Below, piece after piece: positions 52,526 through 60,988 of a stretch of DNA of 64,000 nt. A program made the position numbers and the translations under genes. Each line of letters begins with the position of its first letter. Within the stretch, counting starts at the first letter, position 1. The stretch is from Bacteroidota bacterium. Lineage in GTDB: Bacteria > Bacteroidota > Bacteroidia > Bacteroidales > GCA-2748055. The notes beneath the pieces are model-generated. The model had not been told where the DNA came from. It did no database searches and saw only the letters and a program-made list of their open reading frames with translations. The stretch covers positions 13,226-77,225 of the forward strand of contig JBDLIQ010000003.1 in assembly GCA_039714775.1 (NCBI GenBank). The letters are read 5' to 3'.

Positions 52526-55500
52526 ATGAATATCAGACGACTCATATGGAGAAACCTGGCCTTCTACTGGAAGAAGCACCTGCTTCTTGCGCTGGGCGTA
52601 GCCGTTAGCGGGGCGGTTATCACCGGTGCCCTGATGGTGGGCGATTCCGTGAAATATAGTCTGAACCAGATCGTGGAGCAGCGGTTGGGAGAGGTGACCC
52701 ATGTGTTGAAAGCGGGGGAGAGGTACTTCACCACCGGTCTGGCTGAAAAGGTGGAACAGGAGTTGTCGATCCCTGTAGCTTCACTCCTGTTGCAGGAGGG
52801 GAGTGCAGTGGCCGGTGGCGGGAAGTTGCGGATCAACAACCTGAGGGTGTACGGGGTGGATGGTGCATTTGACAGGATGGCTGGACTGCATCGGTTTTAC
52901 AGCACGCTGTCGGGCGACAGCATCATCATCAGCCATAACCTGGCCAGCCGGCTCAATGTGGAGCGCGGGGATGAGATCCTTCTGAGGATCGAAAAGGCGA
53001 GCCTGATCCCTCTGAATGCACCCTTTGTTTCCGATGCGGAGGCGACCCTGTCGTTCAGGGCCACCATCAGTGATGTGGCGGATGAGGAGCAGATGGGACG
53101 CTTTAACCTGAATGTTTCGCAGACAGCCCCCTTCAATGTGTTTCTCTCACGAACCAGACTGCAGGAGCTGATGGATTTTTCCGGCAGGGCCAATGTGATG
53201 CTGTTCAGTGCGGGGGATCACACAGAGAGTGAAGAGATTATTGCCGCGGTTGACCACCACCTCTCGGCTGCCGATGCGGGGTTAAGGCTCTCCAGTGTGG
53301 AGGATCTTCAGCAGCTGGAGATCACCAGCGACAGGGTATTTATCGATGATGTTCTCTCCGCTCCCCTGTTTGATGCTGCCGCCGGAGAAGCCATCGTCAC
53401 CTATTTTGTGAATTCAATCGGGTGCGAAACCCGAAGCACCCCCTACTCATTTGTCTCCACCCTTCCCGACAGCTGGCTCAGCCCCGGGGAGGTGATCATC
53501 AACAGGTGGCTGGCAGATGATCTGGAGGCGGGGGAGGGTGACACCATCCGGATGACCTATTTTGAAGTCGGACCTCTGCGGGAGCTTGAGGAGGCAACCA
53601 CCCCTTTCGTGGTTAAGGCGGTTGTTCCCATGGAGGGTAGGTTTGGGGATGCTACCCTGATGCCCGCTCTGCCTGGGCTCTCCGATGCCGGGAATTGCCG
53701 GGACTGGGATACCGGTGTGCCCATTGAGCTGGAGCGTATCCGGGACAGGGATGAAGACTACTGGGATCGCTACGGAGGAGTCCCCAAAGCATTTGTCTCT
53801 GTTGCAATGGGAGCCAGGATGTGGGAGAACCGCTTTGGAACCTACACCGCTTTCAGGTATCAAACCTCCGGGACAGAAGATCCGGGCATCTCTCAACTGG
53901 AGGCGGCCATTATGGAGCAGATTGATCCCGCCATGCTGGGATTTGTTCCCGAGCCTGTTCGGTCGAAGGGGCTGGATGCCGCCGCAAGCGGGGTCGATTT
54001 CAGTCAGCTGTTCGGAGGACTCAGCTTCTTCCTCCTGCTGGCGGGGATCCTGTTGATTGTCCTGCTCTTCCTGCTAAACATCGAGAGCAGGGAGGAGCAG
54101 CTGGGAACCCTGGTGGTGATGGGAATCCCGGTGCGGATGGTGAGGCGGATCATGTTTATCGAGGGTGTGGCCGTATCCATCCTGGGGGCCCTGGCCGGAC
54201 TGGCCCTCGCCATAGTATACAACCGGCTGGTATTTCATGCACTGAACGGAATATGGCGGGATGTGGTGCGGACAGAGATGATGCATGTGGATGTGCGGAC
54301 CATTACCCTGGTTACGGGCTGGACAGTCACCGTGACCATCGCACTGGTGGCCCTCTGGTTTCCACTCAGCAGAAAGCTGAAGCGGAAGAGTCTCCGTTAC
54401 AGGAAAAGAGCCGCCCAGGGGGAGCACCGCACTGGGCTGATCACCGCAAGGGTGGCCGCCCTGCTCTTTGCTGTAACCGGTATTGCAGCCCTGGCGCTGA
54501 TCGGTTCACAGCTGATCAGGGGAGAGCTGGTTAATGTGCCGGTTTTCTTTGCAGCCGGTGGATTGCTGCTGGTCTCGGCAGTCTCACTTTTTCTCTGGTA
54601 CCTGGGGAAGAGACAGGAGCCGGCCGGCTCCCGGTTTGATCTTACCATGCTGAGCTGGAAAAATGCCACCAGGAACCGCACCCGCAGCATGGGCATTGTG
54701 ATCCTCTTTGCCATTGGTGCCTTCCTTGTGATCTCCACGGGCAGCAACAGGAAGGACCTCTTTGTCAACGCCGCTGATCCCACCAGTGGTACCGGAGGAT
54801 TCCTCTACTATGGCGAAACCACGGTGCCGGTACTTCAGCAGCTTAATGAGCCAGCCGTAAGGAGTGGGTTCGGACTGGACGGGGAGTACGGCTTTGTGCA
54901 GCTCCGCAGAGCCGATGGCGATGATGCCAGCTGTCTGAACCTGAACAGGATCGTAAATCCCCGCATACTGGGAGTGGACCCGGAGCAGATGGAGGGGCGG
55001 TTTTCATTTGTCACCCGCACCCCCTTCCTGGATGAGGCGAACCCCTGGCGTTCGCTGGACCGGGACCTGCCCGGCGGATTGATCCCTGCCATTGCCGACG
55101 AGACCGCCATCAAGTGGGGATTGGGATTGAGTGTGGGGGATACCCTGCACTATACCAACTCCGGAGGAGAACGAATGGAGCTGCTGCTGATCGGGGGAGT
55201 GGCCCCATCCATATTCCAGGGCAGTGTGATCATCTCCGGCAACCGGTTTCTTGAGCAGTTCCCCGGAAGCAGCGGTACCCGTCTGTTCCTTGTGGAGGGT
55301 GAGGCGGCCGACACCGCCCTTATCAAATCAGAGCTTAACCGGGGATTGCGCGACCTGGGATTGGAGCTGCAGCTGGCCTCGGAACGGTTGACCGAATTTA
55401 ATTCGGTGACCAACGCCTACCTCTCCATCTTTATGGTGATGGGGGCACTGGGACTTCTGCTGGGAACCTTTGGACTGGTGGTTGTGCTCTCCAGGAGCAT

Positions 55501-55798
55501 CCTTGAGAGGCGAAAGGAGATTGCCCTGCTGAAAGCGGTGGGATATGAACAGAAGAAGATCCGAAGGGTGATCACCAGGGAGTATATGCTCCTTCTGTTT
55601 GCAGGAGTGGGGGCCGGGTTTGGTACAGCCATCATCGCCACACTGCCCTCCATTGCGAGTGCCCACACCGGCACTTCGGTTACCTCCATCCTGCTCTGGC
55701 TGGCCCTGCTTATGGTCAACGGATGGCTCTGGATCCAGGTAATCACCAGGAGCGCACTGAAAGAGCGGGTACTCAACAAAGAATTGCGGAATGAGTAA
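52526..55798 (+). CDS. double FtsX-domain ABC permease (YbbP-like), 1090 aa
   Basis: An N-terminal TM helix plus a large periplasmic domain, then a 3-TM FtsX bundle (about aa 500-610). A second periplasmic domain follows and a second FtsX bundle at the C-terminus (EIALLKAVGYEQKKIRRVI...). Confidence 0.85.
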   Translation: MNIRRLIWRNLAFYWKKHLLLALGVAVSGAVITGALMVGDSVKYSLNQIVEQRLGEVTHVLKAGERYFTTGLAEKVEQELSIPVASLLLQEGSAVAGGGKLRINNLRVYGVDGAFDRMAGLHRFYSTLSGDSIIISHNLASRLNVERGDEILLRIEKASLIPLNAPFVSDAEATLSFRATISDVADEEQMGRFNLNVSQTAPFNVFLSRTRLQELMDFSGRANVMLFSAGDHTESEEIIAAVDHHLSAADAGLRLSSVEDLQQLEITSDRVFIDDVLSAPLFDAAAGEAIVTYFVNSIGCETRSTPYSFVSTLPDSWLSPGEVIINRWLADDLEAGEGDTIRMTYFEVGPLRELEEATTPFVVKAVVPMEGRFGDATLMPALPGLSDAGNCRDWDTGVPIELERIRDRDEDYWDRYGGVPKAFVSVAMGARMWENRFGTYTAFRYQTSGTEDPGISQLEAAIMEQIDPAMLGFVPEPVRSKGLDAAASGVDFSQLFGGLSFFLLLAGILLIVLLFLLNIESREEQLGTLVVMGIPVRMVRRIMFIEGVAVSILGALAGLALAIVYNRLVFHALNGIWRDVVRTEMMHVDVRTITLVTGWTVTVTIALVALWFPLSRKLKRKSLRYRKRAAQGEHRTGLITARVAALLFAVTGIAALALIGSQLIRGELVNVPVFFAAGGLLLVSAVSLFLWYLGKRQEPAGSRFDLTMLSWKNATRNRTRSMGIVILFAIGAFLVISTGSNRKDLFVNAADPTSGTGGFLYYGETTVPVLQQLNEPAVRSGFGLDGEYGFVQLRRADGDDASCLNLNRIVNPRILGVDPEQMEGRFSFVTRTPFLDEANPWRSLDRDLPGGLIPAIADETAIKWGLGLSVGDTLHYTNSGGERMELLLIGGVAPSIFQGSVIISGNRFLEQFPGSSGTRLFLVEGEAADTALIKSELNRGLRDLGLELQLASERLTEFNSVTNAYLSIFMVMGALGLLLGTFGLVVVLSRSILERRKEIALLKAVGYEQKKIRRVITREYMLLLFAGVGAGFGTAIIATLPSIASAHTGTSVTSILLWLALLMVNGWLWIQVITRSALKERVLNKELRNE

Positions 55799-56867
55799 AG
55801 CGGTTCGAAAGGATTATTATTGTAACTTACTGATACAAAAAGAGAAACCAGTGTCGTCAACCAGCCGCATAATAGTTGTCGGGGGAACCGGATTGCTGGG
55901 GTATCACGCCAGCCTGGAGTTCCTTCGCAGGGGGTACCTGGTCACCTCCCTGGCCATTGACGATATCGACCTGGAGGGATGGTATCCAAAAGAGATCACA
56001 ACGGTGACAGGCGATGTGTTCTCCATGACAAAAGATGAGCTAAAGGCCCAATTTGAAGGATTCTATGCCATGGTCTATGCGGTTGGTCCGGACGACAGGA
56101 CCATACCCGATGCTCCTGCCTACCTGTTTTTCCGGAAGAGGCTGGTGGTGGCAGCTGCCCGGGTGTTTGAAGCTGCCCGTGAGGCTGGTGTTAAGCGGGC
56201 TGTTCTGCTTGGATCGTACCTGAACTACTTTAACCGCCAATGGCCCCAGCTGCAGCTGACCCAAAGGCACCCCTACATCAAAGCCAGGGCAGAGCAGTCC
56301 GAAGCGGTATTGCTCGCTTCAGGAGATGAAATGGAGACCATGGTCCTTGAACTACCCTATATTTTCGGCACCATGCCCAAACGCACTCCACTCTGGAAAG
56401 ATGCCTTTTTTGACCGGTTGCTGAAGATGAATCCGGTCCTCTATCCCGACGGTGGCTCATCCATGGTTTGTGCGGGAAATGTGGCTGAAGCCATTGCCGG
56501 GGCTGTTGAGCTTGGAGAGAAGGGGACCATGTATGCGATAGGTGATCAGAATATGCGCTGGAGTGAACTGTTCTCCATCATGTTCCACGCCATCGGGGTA
56601 AACCGCAGACTGATCCATATTCCACACTGGATGGCGGGAATAGCCGGCCGGTTCATCATGTGGAGGGAGCGTCGGAATGACAGGGAGCCGGGGCTGAACC
56701 TCGCATATATATTTGATGACATCATCAGCAGGGAGTATTACCTGGACGGAGCCCAATCGGCTGCACTCCTGGGCCATGGTTCATGTGACGTGAGAGCGGC
56801 CATTGTGAAGACTGCAAAAGCGTGTTATCCTGATGGGTTTAATCGAAAGAGACGAAATCGAAAGTGA
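55791..56867 (+). CDS. NAD(P)-dependent epimerase/dehydratase-family (extended SDR) protein
   Basis: Rossmann motif IIVVGGTGLLGYH. The ATG overlaps the permease stop by 8 nt. A GTG at 55851 is an alternative start. Confidence 0.75.
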   Translation: MSKAVRKDYYCNLLIQKEKPVSSTSRIIVVGGTGLLGYHASLEFLRRGYLVTSLAIDDIDLEGWYPKEITTVTGDVFSMTKDELKAQFEGFYAMVYAVGPDDRTIPDAPAYLFFRKRLVVAAARVFEAAREAGVKRAVLLGSYLNYFNRQWPQLQLTQRHPYIKARAEQSEAVLLASGDEMETMVLELPYIFGTMPKRTPLWKDAFFDRLLKMNPVLYPDGGSSMVCAGNVAEAIAGAVELGEKGTMYAIGDQNMRWSELFSIMFHAIGVNRRLIHIPHWMAGIAGRFIMWRERRNDREPGLNLAYIFDDIISREYYLDGAQSAALLGHGSCDVRAAIVKTAKACYPDGFNRKRRNRK

Positions 56868-56875
56868 AAGGTGAT

Positions 56876-58366
56876 ATGAACGAGCGGGTTTTACTGACGG
56901 GGGCATCCGGATCGATGGGTTTCGAGGCCTTCAAGCTGCTATGGGAGAGACGTGAGAGGTATGAAATTGTCCTGCTGCTCCGCCCTTCGAAAAAGAACAG
57001 GCGGTTGTTCAGACCCTATGAACGGGATGGAGCCGGTTTGAAGATCGTCTGGGGTGATGCACTGAACCGGGAGGATGTGGAGGAGGCGTGCCGGGGGATC
57101 GACTGGTGCCTTCATACCATGGCACTGATCCCGCCTGCGGCGGACAGGGATCCCGAAATGGTATACCGGGTGAACCTGCAGGGTACCCGCCACATTGTGG
57201 AGGCCATCGAGGCAGAGAACCCCGAACATACCAGGATGGTCCATATCGGATCGGTGGCGCAGTACGGAGACCGGTTGCCCCCGGTGCATGTGGGGCGTAC
57301 CGGCGATCCCATCCTTCCAAGTGTCGGTGACCATTATGCCCTTTCGAAGATCAGCGCCGAACTGGTTGTGATGCAGTCCCGCATCAGGCACCGGGTCTCC
57401 CTGAGGCAGACCTTCATCATGATACCCGGGATCTTCTCCCTCATGGACCCCATCATGTTCCACCAACCGCTGCACACCTGCATGGAGAACATCACTGTCA
57501 GGGATGCGGGCCGTTTGCTGGTCAGCTGCCTGGAGGTGCCAGGCGATTCCGGTTTCTGGGGCGGGTACTTCAACATCTCGGGGGGAGCTCAGTGCAGGAC
57601 CACCTACATCGGGTTTCTGGAGAGGATCTACCGGATGCTGGGGCTTGATGCACGGAAGGTGATGAAACGCCACTGGTTTGCGCTGAAGAACTTTCATCAG
57701 CAGTTTTATGATGATGCCACACAGCTCAATAAGTACCTGCAACACTGGGGCGGAGGAGAGAGCCAGGAGGATTTCTACCGGGAGGTTTGGAGTACATTCC
57801 CATGGTACCTGCAGCTCACCGCATGGTGCAATAGATATGTACCACCCTTCAGGTGGCTGGTTGGCGTCATCACATACAGTCAGCTGAAAAAACTTGCACT
57901 GAAACCCCGGGGAGCCCTTCGCTGGATCAGGGAGGATGACCGGGGAAGGATCGATGCATTCTTCGGATCGAAGGAGGCCTGGGAGAATATTCCGGACTGG
58001 GACGCTCCCTTCCCCCCGCTGGATCATGATCAGCCATACACCAGGCTGGATCACGGCTACGATGAATCGAAGAGGAAACTGGAGATGGCAGATCTTCAGA
58101 AGGCGGCCGGGTTCAGGGGCGGATCGCTTCTCAACGGATCTCCCGATGGTGCAGGAACTCCCGGGGATGCCAGTTGGAGCGGAGAGATAGATATGAAACT
58201 CACATGGAGCTGCTGCCAGGGACACACCTTCGAGATGACCCCCCATGCGGTGCTAAAGGGCGGACACTGGTGCCCTGAGTGCATTGCGCCACCCTGGAGT
58301 TATGATGCCGTTGCCACAAAGAGTGGATTTGCAGCACAGGTGCTGAAGCCATCTGCACTCTCATAA
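56876..58366 (+). CDS. extended SDR (epimerase/dehydratase-like) with a C-terminal zinc-ribbon-like extension
   Basis: Rossmann VLLTGASGSMGF and catalytic YALSK (YxxxK). The C-terminal approx. 90 aa contain W-S-C-C-Q-G-H...H-W-C-P-E-C. Confidence 0.75.
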   Translation: MNERVLLTGASGSMGFEAFKLLWERRERYEIVLLLRPSKKNRRLFRPYERDGAGLKIVWGDALNREDVEEACRGIDWCLHTMALIPPAADRDPEMVYRVNLQGTRHIVEAIEAENPEHTRMVHIGSVAQYGDRLPPVHVGRTGDPILPSVGDHYALSKISAELVVMQSRIRHRVSLRQTFIMIPGIFSLMDPIMFHQPLHTCMENITVRDAGRLLVSCLEVPGDSGFWGGYFNISGGAQCRTTYIGFLERIYRMLGLDARKVMKRHWFALKNFHQQFYDDATQLNKYLQHWGGGESQEDFYREVWSTFPWYLQLTAWCNRYVPPFRWLVGVITYSQLKKLALKPRGALRWIREDDRGRIDAFFGSKEAWENIPDWDAPFPPLDHDQPYTRLDHGYDESKRKLEMADLQKAAGFRGGSLLNGSPDGAGTPGDASWSGEIDMKLTWSCCQGHTFEMTPHAVLKGGHWCPECIAPPWSYDAVATKSGFAAQVLKPSALS

Positions 58367-58406
58367 ACAGATAGTTGCAACAAGGCCCACTCAACGTGGG
58401 GTCTGT

Positions 58407-58649
58407 TCAGCGCCTGGCTTTACGCACGAGTCCCCCGGAAAACTGTCCCAGGAAAAAGGCCCCCACCAGCACAGGGTAGGTGGTGAAGCCGAATCCGATA
58501 TCGGAAAAGATGCGAAGTGCGATCACCATTGGAACAGGGATGTGAATGGCCAGGAACCATTGGGCCGAGAATCTTTTTGTATTGGCTCTCCAGTAACCGA
58601 AGGGGAGATTTATCAGGAATACGATCAGGGCAACAATCCAGAGGTTCAT
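58407..58649 (-). CDS. small membrane protein (80 aa, 3 predicted TM helices)
   Basis: MNLWIVALIVFLINLPFGYW...; strongly hydrophobic, convergent with the SDR gene. Confidence 0.5.
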   Translation of the reverse strand: MNLWIVALIVFLINLPFGYWRANTKRFSAQWFLAIHIPVPMVIALRIFSDIGFGFTTYPVLVGAFFLGQFSGGLVRKARR

Positions 58650-58805
58650 TCCTTAAAAGTAGCAGAACGATGCGAATAATGTAAAAAAAGTTACGATAAA
58701 ACCGGTTTGGTGAGGCTGATATTATCGGGCATTAACACATAAAACAATGTTCAGTGAACTTTAATATGTTGTATTATTTGTATCTTTCGCATACCTGAAT
58801 CGGTC

Positions 58806-59039
58806 ATGAAAACAGAGGAAATCATAAAGGAGATCAAGAAACTTCCGATTCGTATGCGGAAGATTGTCATTAAGGAAGCCATTGGTTCAATTCGTGAGGA
58901 TGAACCCAAGGATGGGCTCTCAACAGCTGCAGATTCTTTGGCAGCTGAGTACAGAACCAATCAAGAGTTAACGGCCTTTAATGATATTGACCAGGATGAT
59001 TTCTATGAAACAGGGCGAGATATGGATAATCAATCTTAA
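58806..59039 (+). CDS. putative antitoxin of the MazF-like toxin
   Basis: 77 aa, acidic C-terminus (LTAFNDIDQDDFYETG). It overlaps the toxin gene by 35 nt. The position and size fit a type II antitoxin. Confidence 0.55.
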   Translation: MKTEEIIKEIKKLPIRMRKIVIKEAIGSIREDEPKDGLSTAADSLAAEYRTNQELTAFNDIDQDDFYETGRDMDNQS

Positions 59040-59343
59040 TCCGACTATTGGATCGGAAATCAAGAAAACAAGGCCGGCAGTAATTGTTAATGATGATGCT
59101 CTTGGGAAGTTACCATTGAGAATAATTGTGCCACTTACTGATTGGAAAGAAAGATTTCGATCAGCTCCATGGATGATCATGATAAAGCCATCTGTTTTGA
59201 ATGGTCTTGTAAAAGTTTCTTCAGCAGATTGTTTTCAAATTCGATCGGTGTCACAGGTCCGTTTTGTTAAGAGAATTGGAGAAATATCAGATAATAACCT
59301 TGGTCAGATTAAAATTGGACTAAAAAAGGTCCTTTCAATGTAA
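59005..59343 (+). CDS. mazF: PemK/MazF-family endoribonuclease toxin
   Basis: MKQGEIWIINLNPTIGSEIKKTRPAVIVNDD...RIIVPLT is the canonical MazF/PemK N-terminal signature. The ATG at 59005 is preferred. Confidence 0.8.
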   Translation: MKQGEIWIINLNPTIGSEIKKTRPAVIVNDDALGKLPLRIIVPLTDWKERFRSAPWMIMIKPSVLNGLVKVSSADCFQIRSVSQVRFVKRIGEISDNNLGQIKIGLKKVLSM

Positions 59344-59371
59344 AATGCTTGACATCTTTGAAGAATGTACT

Positions 59372-59379
59372 TAAATTTG
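59372..59379 (+). promoter_or_regulatory. candidate -7 promoter box (TAAATTTG) for yefM-yoeB
   Basis: Exact TAnnTTTG, 28 nt upstream of the ATG at 59407. This supports the shorter start. Confidence 0.35.
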
Positions 59380-59406
59380 TATAAAATAATGTACAAAAAA
59401 AGCAAC

Positions 59407-59661
59407 ATGTTAAGCACAACCATGTCAGATTTCAGGAAGGAGATAAAGAGGTACCTGGACCTGGTAATTGATGATTATGAGACCCTGATTATTAACCGGG
59501 GAAAGGACAGTGGCGTGGTGGTTATCTCATTGGACGAGTATAACTCCATCAAGGCAACCGAACATGAATTGTCCTCAAAAGCCAATGCACGTTGGCTTGA
59601 TGAATCTATTGAACAATTTGAAAAGGGTAACTATTTCGAAAAAGATCTCATTGACCCATGA
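59407..59661 (+). CDS. yefM: Phd/YefM-family antitoxin
   Basis: MLSTTMSDFRKEIKRYLDLVIDDYETLIINRGKDSGVVVISLDEYNSI is the typical YefM N-terminal fold sequence. Its stop overlaps the toxin start (ATGA at 59658-59661). Confidence 0.85.
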   Translation: MLSTTMSDFRKEIKRYLDLVIDDYETLIINRGKDSGVVVISLDEYNSIKATEHELSSKANARWLDESIEQFEKGNYFEKDLIDP

Positions 59662-59915
59662 GGATTGTTTTCAATGAAAAATCATGGACGGACTATCTCT
59701 TCTGGCAACGAACCGACAAGAAGATGCTCAAACGCATCAATGCTCTGCTTAAAGAGATTTCAAGAGATCCCTTTAAGGGACCTGGAAAACCCGAGCCCCT
59801 GAAACACAACTACAATAGATATTGGTCCCGTCGAATTGACGGGGAACACAGGCTGATTTACCAGGTGAATGACGATGAAATCCGCATTATAAAGTGCAGG
59901 TTTCACTATGACTGA
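59658..59915 (+). CDS. yoeB: YoeB/Txe-family toxin
   Basis: 85 aa with W.DYLFWQ..DKKMLKRIN.LLKEI.RDPF.G.GKPEPLK......YWSRRID.EHRLIY and a C-terminal RFHY. Confidence 0.9.
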   Translation: MRIVFNEKSWTDYLFWQRTDKKMLKRINALLKEISRDPFKGPGKPEPLKHNYNRYWSRRIDGEHRLIYQVNDDEIRIIKCRFHYD

Positions 59916-59969
59916 GTTGCCCAAAGAATCAGAACAGCCTGTTGTCCCAAAAACAGGCCTCTGTACGGA

Positions 59970-60728
59970 TCAAGGCTCTGTTTTAACCCGCCGCCTGTAG
60001 AGCGCAATGGTGGCAAGGATTATCCCTTCTCCTATACAGAAGATCCACCAGGGAAACCGGTTTGGAATGTAGCTGGTGGCCACCTCAAGCACCTCCGGGT
60101 TTTTCACCTGAAGCATGCCAAAGAGGGAGAAGTGGGCCAGCATGTGTTGTGAATAGTCAAATACAAATCCGAAGATCAGAACCAGCGACCCGAGAATCAG
60201 CCCCATCCACTCCAGCCTCCGGATGCGGGTCTGTGTTCCGCGCTCAGCACAGACCAGGATCACCATAGCCAGCAAAATCATGGTCAGCGATACAACTACC
60301 GGCGAGAGTACCGGTCCCGTCCAGGTGGTGGGGATCAGGAAGAGCACATCCCAGGTCATCAGCGACTGGGGCCAGCCTAACAACAGCTTGAGAAAGACAT
60401 AGTAGAAGATGTCCCAGATGGCAAAGCTGTAGATAAACCAGGCAAAACCGGTGGAGAACCTCCCGGAGGCACTTTCCCCGCCGGTTGTCATCCCGTTAGC
60501 TGATATCATTCTGTTGGCCGCCACCATTCCGATGGTGACCAGCATCACCAGGGTGGCCACCTCCCTGAGCAGCTCGGTGATGGCCAGGTTGACCGGGATG
60601 GGGGAGAGGGGGAACTCAAATCCGCCCGGGTAGAGGAGCTCCCTCATGTAGACCACCACGGCCGATTCGAGGAATCCCATGGCGATGGCAAAGGCGGTGA
60701 CGACGACAAGCAGCTTGCGAAGGTTCAT
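59970..60728 (-). CDS. polytopic membrane protein of unknown function
   Basis: 252 aa with about 7 hydrophobic segments and no recognisable motif. Confidence 0.6.
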   Translation of the reverse strand: MNLRKLLVVVTAFAIAMGFLESAVVVYMRELLYPGGFEFPLSPIPVNLAITELLREVATLVMLVTIGMVAANRMISANGMTTGGESASGRFSTGFAWFIYSFAIWDIFYYVFLKLLLGWPQSLMTWDVLFLIPTTWTGPVLSPVVVSLTMILLAMVILVCAERGTQTRIRRLEWMGLILGSLVLIFGFVFDYSQHMLAHFSLFGMLQVKNPEVLEVATSYIPNRFPWWIFCIGEGIILATIALYRRRVKTEP

Positions 60729-60988
60729 ATGGTAAAGTTAAGTTATTGTGTGTTGATTCTCTTTGCCTGTTCTCTATTTAAGAAACTTCAGCTGTCCGGT
60801 AATATTTTGCCTTTAAGGTTTTTTTGCATTTGCTGTTATGACAGTTATTTTGAAAAAAAAAGAGCCGGTTGTGATAAGTTCGGCAAAGTTTAGGGATTGT
60901 GTTTAGCAGTAGTTGCTAAATTTAACCTGTATATGACGCTGCAACCCAGAGCGGGTCGTAAGAGGTCAGTATATAAACAGCTGGAACA

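Noticed and set aside
51908-52702. 264-aa antisense ORF over the ABC ATPase, and similar ORFs at 43999-44862, 42614-43252, 16938-17732 and 46450-47016
   Set aside because: All lie in GC-rich genes with strong plus-strand motifs (Walker A/B, NuoE/F, Fe-S clusters). They are compositional shadows and not overlapping genes.
56939-58246. 435-aa ORF antisense to the 500-aa SDR gene
   Set aside because: It is the same codon-aligned shadow frame (58244-58246 is also a sense codon). The plus-strand product has Rossmann GASGSMGF and YALSK motifs and the minus-strand product has none.
59937-59958. Hairpin GCCTGTT-N8-AACAGGC between convergent yoeB and the membrane-protein gene, considered as a bidirectional terminator
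   Set aside because: The stem is only 7 bp and there is no flanking T or A tract. That is too weak to call a feature.
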